In this document: one piece after another, positions 29,437 to 40,100 of the stretch
Numbering within the stretch: position 1 is the stretch's first letter
Layout of the letters: every line of letters begins with the position of its first letter
Virus record (IMG/VR): IMGVR_UViG_3300044635_000318
Coordinates: 7,901-71,900 of that record
Strand: one strand, 5' to 3'
Source: a virus
DNA length: 64,000 nt
Position numbers and translations under genes: made by a program
Notes under the pieces: generated by a model
What the model was told of the DNA's origin: nothing
Seen by the model: the letters and a program-made list of their open reading frames with translations, nothing else
Database searches by the model: none

Positions 29437-32400
29437 ATGAAAAAAGCACCTTTTTGCCCAGTAAATAAAAATGATCCTGACTTTGTAAAACTTGTAAATA
29501 GATACGGGGAAAATCAAGCCTATTACATATGGTCTGAATACGAAGGAGTTGTTCCTTTACAAATTGTTAATGGGAATAAAAGGGCTAAAACTACAACATC
29601 ATTAATAGGTGTTGAAGAATACAGAGAGACAATTGATACAGTAAAAGCTGTATTCATTAACTTATTAAATACTTATCAGCAGAATAAAAGTATTAATGGG
29701 GAAACTATTAGCAGTAAAAAACTTACAGATTTTGTAAATGGTCTTCTTGGGGATGCAGAATTTAAAGGACATATCCCCAGATGGTTTCTAAAGAATTCAG
29801 TATCTATAAATGGGGAAAGATTATCCGCAGAACTGTTCAATGAATATGCTGCACTGTGGGATAAATATGCGCAAGCAAGTTTTAATAAAGCTCTTGAAAA
29901 TCAAATCCGTGAGGAACTAATAAATTTTCAAGATGCTTACAACATTGATAATATTCCCCCAAATAGCTATGCTACTCCTGAAGGTATGGATAGAGAGCTT
30001 ATTGCTGAAAAGTTTGAGATGGTGTATCAGCTATGGGGCAGTAAACTTGATGAGGCTGGGAATCCAGCATATCAGGGTTTACAAGAAGCTTTGGTTGGGG
30101 AGTTAAAATCACTAGGATATAAAACATTTGGGAAACAAGTTACTAGAGACCAAGAAGAGTTTGGGGAAATAGAAGAAGGTAACGTAGGGATCACTGAGAA
30201 AATTTACGCTCTGTCTTCTTTTGAGACTAATGTTAATAGATCTAAGGGCGCTACATACAATAGACTATTAAGTAGAGTACTAAGCTTAACCACAAACTCT
30301 TTTGGGTATCAAACCTATAGAGGACCTAGAAGAGTACACCAACAGCTATTAAGAATACTTGAGGGGGTTAAAACAAAAGAGGATGTTTTTAAGAGATTAG
30401 AAGGTAACAAAAGTGCAATTGTTAGATCCACTAATCTTTTAAGGGTTATTGAGAATTTTAATGAAGAAGAGTTTACTCAATTCTTAGGATTGTTTACTAC
30501 TATCAAACAGAAATATGTAGCTATCAGTAATAAGTTTGATGCGAAAGGAAATAAAATAGCTCTGTTTTATAATCCTGATAGGAGAAATGCAGTTAGCCTT
30601 GGGTTAGATACTTTAATCAATCAAGTAGTTGGACCAGGAGAAGATTCTCTTACGTTATTAAAACTTAAAAATGGGAAACTTACATACAATCCTAAGTTCT
30701 CCCCAGACATTATCAATAAACTTAACGTTCTATTAAGAGAACATGATGACGCTCGTAGAACGTTTGCACAAGATGATGCAACTTCGTATTTAACTTCTAT
30801 CGGAAAAATATTATATGAGCTCGGAATTGACTTTGGGGAAGGAAGTATCGAAGAATCTGCTGAAGAGTTTGTTCTCAGAGTTAAATCTTATATGGTTAAG
30901 AATGGGACTTTTGGGGGTAAAGCAATTACTGACTTTAAAAAACAGTTTGCAGCAACGTTTTTATCGTCTTTGAAAGATGTTTTCAAAGTAGAACAGATAG
31001 GGAAAACAGGGGATTTCAAAATAACCGGGGTAAAAGTTGCCCCTAAAAACTTTGTAAGTAATAACAAAACCCCATTCAAATGGTTAGCTGAGGTTATGTA
31101 CTCTGAGAATGAGAACATAGCAGATTCATTCATCAATGCTTCTGGGAATAATCAATATGCATGGACATATTCTAGTACGTTAGATGAGTTTTTCAAAGAA
31201 ATTGAAAAAGATGAAAAGACTGAAGCTTTTCTAAAAGAGTTTGAAAATATGTATTCTGTAGGTTCCCCAGGTCATCCAGAATACGCAAGTCTACTTTTTC
31301 AGTTAATTAAAAAAGGAGGGGTAAAACATGCAGAAGCTACATTCTTAGAGACCGAAGACGGAGATAAATTCCCAGTCAAATCTTTACCTGAAAGAGATAG
31401 ACTGATAATGCAATTAGATGCATATATCAATGAAGGTAAAACAAATGCAAGAATTAACTTAATTGCAGATGGGGATAGATTAAACAGACTCCCATTACTA
31501 GAACTCCCTAGACTTTACTCACAATCTCAATTAGATACCGTAACAAATAACCTCCCAACTAACGTTAAGAAAAATGTTGATATTATTCGCAATATCTTAA
31601 TTAGGGATTTAAGAAGAATCTATATTGAAAATCAAAACTTAGAGGCTCAAAAGTTTTTAAGAGCAGATGCAAGATTCAGTCTTTCTAAAATGAAAGATAC
31701 TGAAATAGATGGGGTTACATTATCAGCTCAAATTGAGGATATGCTAAACAGTGAAAGGGATAGCATTGTGTATTCTAAATTTTGGGAGGAAATCGATAGG
31801 CAAGCTCAAGAGTGGGTGGATATTACTTTAGAGGAAATGACTAATCAGTTTTATCAAAAACTGATAGACTATAAGATTGTTAAAGTATCTAGGAACCCAA
31901 TAGGGAAGAGTAAATTAGGGTTAAATCAAGATGAAAGAGAACAACTTTTAACCTCTACTGAACCTGTAGTATTAGAACTAGAGGATAAAAGATTACGGTA
32001 TCTAGAAGACAAACAGCTTGGGGGGGTAGCAAGGTATCAAGTTGTTTCTACCCAAAGAGGAGATGCATACTTTGAAATCCAAATGAGTGGGGGAAATGAA
32101 GTTACTTTCACTAGAGTAAAAGATGAATCTACTATTGAGTTTGGGGAAGAAACTACAAAGAGTAGACTTTCAGGCTTTGCAAAGATTATTGAAAAATCTG
32201 CAGAAGAAGATTCTACAAAAACATTAGTACGATCATTCGTGTTTGATCGAGCTGTTTATAAAGTAGAGTATGTAGATATGTTCTCTGGGGGTAAGAGTAG
32301 ATTCAAATCTGACTCTGAGATTTACAAAAGATGGTCATTGTTTTCTACTCCTGGGGAACCCCCTGTTATTGAAGACTTAGAAGCTGAGGACCCAATTGGG

Positions 32401-35400
32401 ATGCCTGAGACTTATAATGAAGCTAGTTTAGAAGACTTAAAAATCTTTGATGATGCCCACAACCAAATCGCAGATGAGATTGTAGAGGCTTTAAAGCGTC
32501 AAAGAAAGAAATTACTTGCGGAAGGGGAAGAGCTAACCAAAGAGGATATAGATGAAATAGAATCTATTGGAAATTCACTTAGAACAGGGAAAGCTGACAT
32601 TGCAGACGCATTGGGGATAATCAGTGAGGAGATGGATGTAAACCTCAGAAAAGGGTATTATCGTACTTGGACACAAGAAGAGAAAGAAGCTTTTGAATTC
32701 TACAAGAATACTGGGAAGTATATATTCGATATTATCCCACACAAGTTTATTTATGTAGCTACTAGAAATACTGCAAATCCTGGGCAAGGGAATTCAGGGA
32801 ACATGCAACAAGTATTTGATGCTGATAAAAACTCTTACTTAGTAATGACTAAAGAATTAGCTGCAAAGTCTGAACTCTTTCAGTATCTATATGATCTGAT
32901 GAAGGAGGGGAACATTCAAGTTTTAAACTTTAGGAGTGGAAAGAAAGGGATTAAGGATAACCTCAATCGAGTTCAAGATCCTCAAACAGGGGAATTACTC
33001 CCTATAAAACTTACCCCAACTGTACAGTACTCTAAGGATCTTAGAATGGTTCAAAGAGTTACTACCCCAACAAGGTTTAAAACAAAAGTAGGGAAACAGG
33101 TTAGGAATAATCAGCTAACCAATATCTTAAGCGATGATGAAATTATTCTTAATAGTAAATTCCCTGATAGAGCTGTAAAGCTAACTGGGAGAGAGCTTAA
33201 AAAATTGTATGCAGCATTATACTACAGATACTTTGAGATCAAAGATCAAGTATTGAATAATACGTTCTCATTTAATACTGCTTTGGAGGCTGATCCATTA
33301 ACTGCATTTTTTGGGAAGAATGAGTTAATGGAGGCTTATAGAGAACATTTCTTAGAACAAGAGGAATCTAGAAATGGGTATATAACTCCAGATGTAGCTG
33401 AATCAGCTGAGCTTATTAATACAGTTCAAGGGGTGGATTTTAATCTCCCAATGTCATTCCCAGGAAGCAGAGAGTTTGAATCTTTTGTAACTAAATTAAT
33501 TTCAAAAAAGGTTTTAGATTTAGAACTCCCAGGAGCTAACTATGTAGTTGCCCCAGGATCTGGGAAGTTTAGTATTATTGGACAGAACGGGGAAGAATCT
33601 TACAGAGAGCTTCAAATGTATGGAGTAAAAGATGGGGAGATTCAATATGCTGAGATGGCTGTTAGCCCAGAATTCTTAACTAAGTTCGGATATCAAATTG
33701 GGGATAACATTGATTTAAATACTCTTCTTAAAGTAATCCCAGAAGAAGCTAGAGTAGGGTTAACATACAGAACCCCACACACTGGAAAATCTTCAACTGT
33801 AGTATTCAAAATAGTTTCTTTACTTCCTGATACCTACAAAAAACACATCTTTGTCCCAGGTAACATTGTTACGGTTACTGGTATGGACTTTGACTTTGAT
33901 AAGCTATTTGCTTTGTTTTATAATCTTGAGGTAACTACTAACGAGGAAGGAGAGCAAGAAGTTTACAGAATCCCAGGGGTATACACTTTGGAAGATCTCC
34001 AAACTGCTAGTGTTAAAGAAATTGAGAATACAATGCTTGAGATCTTAGAAGCTATTCAGTTTCAAGAAAAGCATTTTGAAGAAGCTATTACTCCCTTGAA
34101 TACGGAAATGTATGAAGACTTTATCGAAAAATACATCGTTGATGACTACAGAGCTAGTGATATTCTTTTTGAATCTCCATTGTATGATGTCCAAGTTGTT
34201 ACTCGATATCAAGTCGCTCAAAAACTTGTTGGGATATACGCAAACGCTTACACTGGATTAGGGATATTGACAACATCTTCTGAGCAAATCGACAATGCTA
34301 AAGAGATTGGGGCATACATACATACTAGTAAATCAATTCAATACGAAGATTCTAACTCTTCTCTGGTTGTTAATGGGGTTACAATTTATGATGAGTTAGT
34401 TGGGAAAAGAGGAACGTTTCAATTAGATAGAGTCGTTAGTACTTCCCCTATTACAGGGAAACCTATTACTTATTACTTAACTAAAGACATTTCAGGAGCA
34501 GTTGACGCGGGGAATAATCCTTATCAAGCTTCTATCAATGAAGGTCCTGAAACTGCAAATGCTAAAGTATTTCTAGAGTCTTTGGGGATTGATGGGAGAA
34601 TTGTGAGTTTGTTAATCAACTCGCATAAAGTTAGAGCAGTAACTACAGCATTTAGGAATAACCAAAAGGAGGGAATGAATACAGCTTTTATGTATCCTGA
34701 TGGAGACGTAAGAGGATTAGACTATGTATTCTTAAAAGATGTTAGGAAGCACTCCCCCAATCTAGCTCTCCCTACATTTAATGTCACTGATCTATACTTT
34801 ATAAATGCTTATAGAACAGGGAAATTAGATCAATTAATTGCTTCTCTCCCTCAAACTTCTCCTGTAGTACAAACAGCTCGTGATATTGCTGGGGTAAAGC
34901 TTGAAACCAATCTACAGATTGTTCCTGCAACTACTTACAAAGGGATAGACATTGATGAGAGCAATACAAGATCTGCAGAAGGGACATTATCATTCGTGTT
35001 CAAAGCTGATAATAACACTAAGAAGATTAAACAGTTTGCTGAAAAATACGAAAGAGGATTTTTAGAGATAGATATTAGCTCAGGGTATGTAGTAACTGAT
35101 GAGATGGTTGATAGTATCGTAGATTTTATTAACTCTAGAGATATCAAAACATTACATATTACTGGGAATAACGTATTTGGGCTGTTTGACAAAAATCAAA
35201 CTGTAGCAAACGAGTTTATGCAAGAGCTGTTATCTAAAGTCAAAGATGCTGGGGGAGAGATTTCAACTCTTATAGCTAGAGGGGAATCTGGGATTCAAGA
35301 AGCAGCTATCAAAGCTGCTGATATGTTAGATATTACAACCACAATACGTGCCCCAAAGAATTATAGCTACACTACAAAGCTTAATACTATTGTTGAAGGG

Positions 35401-37104
35401 GAAGAAAACTTCCTTAGAAGATTTGGGATTGGGAGTGTAGAGACTGAAACTGTAAGTCCTAAACAGTATGAGTTTGATTCAGTGGAATCTCTTGAGCGTA
35501 AAGTAGAAGAAATTGAAACCAGTGCATTAAAGTTATTTGCTGCAGCTCACTTTGCTGGGAAAGAACTTATGAATGATTATGCGCTTATTACCCCGGATAA
35601 ATTAGATGAAGTCACTGATTTATTTTTAATCTTAGAGTATCTAGGAAAGTTAGATGCTATGGATAGAGGGACTGAGCAAAGATTACTCGATAAGGGTATA
35701 CTGCAAGATATTATATCTAATGGAAAATCTTTGCAAGGGGCTTACGTAAACTCTTATAGAAGAACAATTCAAAAAGAAGGATTAACAAATATTGCTGCGT
35801 TTGACTCAATGCAATCAATGATTGATCACATTAGAACTATTGTAGGGAAAGATTATTTGCAAGCAGCAGAGTTAAAACTCTTAACAAGGGTATTAAACTA
35901 TTGGATGCTCACTAAAGAAGGTTCCCCAATCTCTAGTTGGTATAATGAAACAACAATGAAGAGATTATACTTTGAGGAGGAAAACCTAAAAACTAGATTA
36001 GACCTATTAAAACAAAATCCTGCTTTGAGGAATAATCCTCTGATTCAAAGATTAGACACTTTAGAGGTAGGATCAAAAGAAGAACAAGCAGGAATTAATG
36101 TTGTGGTTCTTAGTGGGGTAGATGAGATTAGTGCAGAAGATACAAAAGAGCTAAAAGATGCTCTGGCTGAAATGCTGTATAGTCCATCAAAGATTACAAA
36201 AGACTCAGAATCTAGAAAGAGGATTCAAAGATTTGCTGAAGACTTAATTTATAATGCATTTTTTGCAACTGCATTCCTCCCAACTTACGGGGGATACACT
36301 AATCTTATCCCAGAAAGATTCCTTACAGAACCTAGGAAAGAAGAGACAAAATCTTTAGTTAAGTTTTATCGTGAAGAACTTGATAAAGCTTCAAAAGATC
36401 CTACATATTTCTTATCTGGGAATGCATTATTTGATGTAATACGAGCTATTGGGCATACAAATCCAGGTAAGTTTTCTCCTCTAATTCCTAGATATACAGG
36501 TAAAGTTTCCGAAGCAACAATCGATGAGGTAGTATTAGAAAGAGATGTAAAAACATACATCAAAGAGAAGATCCAAGCTAATAAAGACTTTGAGGGATTA
36601 TCTACAGCAAAGCAGGAAGAACTAGTTAAAGCTTTAGAGGCGGAAGCTAGAAAAGAGATAAATGCTTGGAATTCAATAATCATAAACCCTAGACAGTTTG
36701 CTGTAGATGAAAACCAACTAGAGGATTATATGGATTCAGAAATCATTTACGATAGTAAATCTCAAGTAGATGGATTTATCGAACTTAATCTCCCAGTGTT
36801 TATCACTAGAAAAACAAAACTAAAGAGCTTCCCAGTAATCACATACATGAGAGTCGGGGAAATTGAATATGCCCCAATCCAACCATTGGGGATGGGGAAA
36901 AACTTCTTCGAGTTAAACTTAAGAAGTGTTACTGGGAAAATAAAAAATGATAGTATTTTTACTACAGACTCTAGACAAAGAACAGATAAAGGACTAAAGA
37001 AGATACCCCAGGCTTCAATTAAATATCTTAAACAAGCTAGAGAAATAACTTTAGACTTAAGAGAAAGCTCTAACACGAAATCAACAAAAAAATGTAACTC
37101 ATGA
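29437..37104 (+). CDS. virion-packaged single-chain two-barrel RNA polymerase (phi14:2 gp66-like)
   Basis: 2555 aa; YRTPHTGKSS followed by the catalytic-loop-like TGMDFDFDKL (33886-33900); AVDAG downstream; crAss-like context. Confidence 0.85.
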   Translation: MKKAPFCPVNKNDPDFVKLVNRYGENQAYYIWSEYEGVVPLQIVNGNKRAKTTTSLIGVEEYRETIDTVKAVFINLLNTYQQNKSINGETISSKKLTDFVNGLLGDAEFKGHIPRWFLKNSVSINGERLSAELFNEYAALWDKYAQASFNKALENQIREELINFQDAYNIDNIPPNSYATPEGMDRELIAEKFEMVYQLWGSKLDEAGNPAYQGLQEALVGELKSLGYKTFGKQVTRDQEEFGEIEEGNVGITEKIYALSSFETNVNRSKGATYNRLLSRVLSLTTNSFGYQTYRGPRRVHQQLLRILEGVKTKEDVFKRLEGNKSAIVRSTNLLRVIENFNEEEFTQFLGLFTTIKQKYVAISNKFDAKGNKIALFYNPDRRNAVSLGLDTLINQVVGPGEDSLTLLKLKNGKLTYNPKFSPDIINKLNVLLREHDDARRTFAQDDATSYLTSIGKILYELGIDFGEGSIEESAEEFVLRVKSYMVKNGTFGGKAITDFKKQFAATFLSSLKDVFKVEQIGKTGDFKITGVKVAPKNFVSNNKTPFKWLAEVMYSENENIADSFINASGNNQYAWTYSSTLDEFFKEIEKDEKTEAFLKEFENMYSVGSPGHPEYASLLFQLIKKGGVKHAEATFLETEDGDKFPVKSLPERDRLIMQLDAYINEGKTNARINLIADGDRLNRLPLLELPRLYSQSQLDTVTNNLPTNVKKNVDIIRNILIRDLRRIYIENQNLEAQKFLRADARFSLSKMKDTEIDGVTLSAQIEDMLNSERDSIVYSKFWEEIDRQAQEWVDITLEEMTNQFYQKLIDYKIVKVSRNPIGKSKLGLNQDEREQLLTSTEPVVLELEDKRLRYLEDKQLGGVARYQVVSTQRGDAYFEIQMSGGNEVTFTRVKDESTIEFGEETTKSRLSGFAKIIEKSAEEDSTKTLVRSFVFDRAVYKVEYVDMFSGGKSRFKSDSEIYKRWSLFSTPGEPPVIEDLEAEDPIGMPETYNEASLEDLKIFDDAHNQIADEIVEALKRQRKKLLAEGEELTKEDIDEIESIGNSLRTGKADIADALGIISEEMDVNLRKGYYRTWTQEEKEAFEFYKNTGKYIFDIIPHKFIYVATRNTANPGQGNSGNMQQVFDADKNSYLVMTKELAAKSELFQYLYDLMKEGNIQVLNFRSGKKGIKDNLNRVQDPQTGELLPIKLTPTVQYSKDLRMVQRVTTPTRFKTKVGKQVRNNQLTNILSDDEIILNSKFPDRAVKLTGRELKKLYAALYYRYFEIKDQVLNNTFSFNTALEADPLTAFFGKNELMEAYREHFLEQEESRNGYITPDVAESAELINTVQGVDFNLPMSFPGSREFESFVTKLISKKVLDLELPGANYVVAPGSGKFSIIGQNGEESYRELQMYGVKDGEIQYAEMAVSPEFLTKFGYQIGDNIDLNTLLKVIPEEARVGLTYRTPHTGKSSTVVFKIVSLLPDTYKKHIFVPGNIVTVTGMDFDFDKLFALFYNLEVTTNEEGEQEVYRIPGVYTLEDLQTASVKEIENTMLEILEAIQFQEKHFEEAITPLNTEMYEDFIEKYIVDDYRASDILFESPLYDVQVVTRYQVAQKLVGIYANAYTGLGILTTSSEQIDNAKEIGAYIHTSKSIQYEDSNSSLVVNGVTIYDELVGKRGTFQLDRVVSTSPITGKPITYYLTKDISGAVDAGNNPYQASINEGPETANAKVFLESLGIDGRIVSLLINSHKVRAVTTAFRNNQKEGMNTAFMYPDGDVRGLDYVFLKDVRKHSPNLALPTFNVTDLYFINAYRTGKLDQLIASLPQTSPVVQTARDIAGVKLETNLQIVPATTYKGIDIDESNTRSAEGTLSFVFKADNNTKKIKQFAEKYERGFLEIDISSGYVVTDEMVDSIVDFINSRDIKTLHITGNNVFGLFDKNQTVANEFMQELLSKVKDAGGEISTLIARGESGIQEAAIKAADMLDITTTIRAPKNYSYTTKLNTIVEGEENFLRRFGIGSVETETVSPKQYEFDSVESLERKVEEIETSALKLFAAAHFAGKELMNDYALITPDKLDEVTDLFLILEYLGKLDAMDRGTEQRLLDKGILQDIISNGKSLQGAYVNSYRRTIQKEGLTNIAAFDSMQSMIDHIRTIVGKDYLQAAELKLLTRVLNYWMLTKEGSPISSWYNETTMKRLYFEEENLKTRLDLLKQNPALRNNPLIQRLDTLEVGSKEEQAGINVVVLSGVDEISAEDTKELKDALAEMLYSPSKITKDSESRKRIQRFAEDLIYNAFFATAFLPTYGGYTNLIPERFLTEPRKEETKSLVKFYREELDKASKDPTYFLSGNALFDVIRAIGHTNPGKFSPLIPRYTGKVSEATIDEVVLERDVKTYIKEKIQANKDFEGLSTAKQEELVKALEAEARKEINAWNSIIINPRQFAVDENQLEDYMDSEIIYDSKSQVDGFIELNLPVFITRKTKLKSFPVITYMRVGEIEYAPIQPLGMGKNFFELNLRSVTGKIKNDSIFTTDSRQRTDKGLKKIPQASIKYLKQAREITLDLRESSNTKSTKKCNS

Positions 37105-40100
37105 GTTGTAAATATACTGTAAACGGGAAAGAAGATGCATTGGTTAATGACTTTATGCAATATCTAGAGGATAATGGGAAAGAAGGAACTGCTGATGGAC
37201 TCTATGAAATATTAATTGAAGCAGATGTTCTATCCCCAGATGGGGTTATGACTAATACTGGAGCAGCTTATCCATTAAACATTGATGTTGATATGGCTAA
37301 GGAAGTCATTGATACACTTAATGAGGTGTACATTGAGTATTTCACAAACACTTCTTTTCCAGGAATTGGGATTGCAGAATTAAAAGTTATTAATGAGCCT
37401 GAGTTTCAGGGGGCTACAATCCAAATTGTAGATCAGATTGTTAAAACATCTGTTCTAATTGATAGATTTACAAACTCTGCAAAGACTGGGATACCTACTT
37501 CTACATCTAATGAAGGTCAAAATAAGCTAAGAGAAGCTATCACTAAGCTAAGAGCTGACAGAGGATGGAGACTGACTGAAGACGAAACCAGGTATGTCAG
37601 AACAGTAAATGGGATAGAGGAATATGGGGAGAGAGTTACAACAGTTATCAAGGGAAATAAAAATGCCCCTAAACTAAGTGGGGTAGCCAAAAAGCATGCA
37701 AATAGAGGAACAATCATTGATGATATGCTTCGTGCTAGTATCTCAATGAAATCGTTAGAGGATAGATATCCTACGTTTGAGGAGTTCATGGATATTTACA
37801 ACAACCATCAGTACAAAAATGAAACTTCAGTATTTGACCCAAGATTCATTAGAAATCTTCATCAAGTAATTACTACACAGATCCTCCCAAAGTTTAAAGA
37901 GTTTACTCTTATGGCTGATATCCCAGCTCTATCAGGGATTATCCGAGGAGAACTTGTTGTTGGGACTCCAGATATTGTTGGGTATACCCCAGATGGGGAG
38001 TTTATCATCATTGACTTAAAGACTGCTACTTATGATAGGAGAGAAAAGTACAATGGGGCAGATAACTATGATGTTCAACTCACTGATGCACTTCAGTTAG
38101 TTTCATATCAAGAATTGATTAGGCAAATAACTGGGATATCCCCAAAGCTTGCTATTCTCCCACTTCAAGTAGATTACAACTCTGAGACAGATACTTATTA
38201 TTCTGCTATACTAAACCCAGCTAAAAGCGGGAGTATACTCTTAGAAAATACAAAGTTAGATCAAGCTAGAAATAAGTTACGTCTTACTCCTAAGTATGCC
38301 CCTAAAGTCAAAACAGCGAGGGAGATTAAAAAAGATAAAATCTTTTCACATAAAGAAGCAGCTTCTGCTGCTCATGTTCGTATTACAACCGCATTAAAAA
38401 CTCAGTTAGAGTATCTTAATAAAAGGATAGATTCTGACCCCAAGGCTAAATCTAAAATTAAACAGATTCTATCTCAACTTAGGAGAGTTGATGAGGGTAA
38501 TGACGCTATTGAAGATTACATGAGCTTTTTAGAGTACATTGTCGATTTAGCTAACGAAGCTGAAAAGACTCTAGAAAGTATTAAATATGACTTTTCAGAT
38601 AACATAGATAGTATATCTAGACAAGATAAGTTTAAACTTCTTAATAAGATTATTGAGTTAAAACTTAATCTAGACAACTTTTATAACAACAAAGCTGATA
38701 ATAAAGTTTTAGAGCTTATTAGAACTAGGGTTAGGGATTTAGAAGGAGATAAGAATGAGATCTTAGAGTTATTAGATGAAGTTGAAGTTACATTTTCTAG
38801 AGTTAATAGTGACTATCTAAATACTGCACTCCCAATCTTAGCTAAAACATTATTGTCTTATGCCCCGATTAAAGTAAATCAGGACTTAGATAATATGATT
38901 AAACAGATTAAAGATAGTATTGCAGAAGGAAAGCCAAGGGTTATAGGATTAGATCGAGATGATAATAGAGTCCCAGCACTTTTTTCGATTTCAGGGTTAA
39001 AAAACATACGTAGTAAAGCTAACCAAATTAAACTTTCAGAGATTAATATCCAACAGTTAGAAGAACGTAAAATTGGGTATGAGCAAATTCTGCATTCTCT
39101 GAGAGAAACTCATAAGGATGCTAGTGCAGCATCTTTGTTTTTTGATCCAGTAATTTACAGCAATGATACTGTACTACAGTTAATTGCTCAGATGATTAAA
39201 GATCAGTATGTCGGAAGCGCTGAACAAACTAGAAGTTTAATCTACGATATGCAAGCCCCATTTGAAGAGTATAGAGCATATATGAAATCATTAGGGGTAT
39301 CAGAAGATACGACTGCTAAGTTCCATGAGCCATTGATGGAGGAGATAACTCTAAATGTAGAAAATGAAAATGGGGAAATTGTCCCAACTAAAGTATTAAG
39401 CTTTGTATCAGAAATTGATAGGGACAAGTGGTACAGAACAAAAGATGAATTCATCAAAGCTGCTAGAAAGAAATATGGATATCCTGAAAATGGGGATAAA
39501 GCAGCAAAAAATGAATTCTTCAAATCTGAAAAAGGGAGACTGTATTGGGAAGAAATAGACTTAAAATTCTGGAAGATTCATGGGGAAAAGACAGAAGATG
39601 CAGATCAGATTTTAAGTGATATGGATACTGAGATTGCTAATCTTAGAAAAGATCTTACTAAAGCATACAATACCCAAGATAATGCTGCAGTAGCTGAGAT
39701 ATGGGATCAGTTAAATTACTTGAATCGAGAGAGAAATAAAATTTACAGAAACGGGGTATTTATTGGGAGGTTAGTTAAACCTAAAATGTCTATGTATGCT
39801 AACCCAAAGTATACTTCTATGCCAGCTGAAGTAAAAAAATACTATGATGTACTCCTAGAAATACATAAAAACGCTCAGAAGATTACTGGGAAGACTGGGA
39901 TGCAGAAAGATTCTTGGATGGATTATTCATTAATAGTTCCATCAATTGAATCTGGGGCAGTAGATGATGCTATGAAGTATGGATTTGTTGATGCAACTAA
40001 AAAGTTAATCTCTCGAGGTACTCAAGCTCAAGTAACTGATACTGAGTTCTTAAGGTTAGTAGATGCTAATAACGAGCTTTACAAATATATCCCACTGTAC

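Noticed and set aside
816-39523. Many short minus-strand and nested ORFs within the + strand structural genes
   Set aside because: They are shadows of long coding genes, with no motifs or independent signals.
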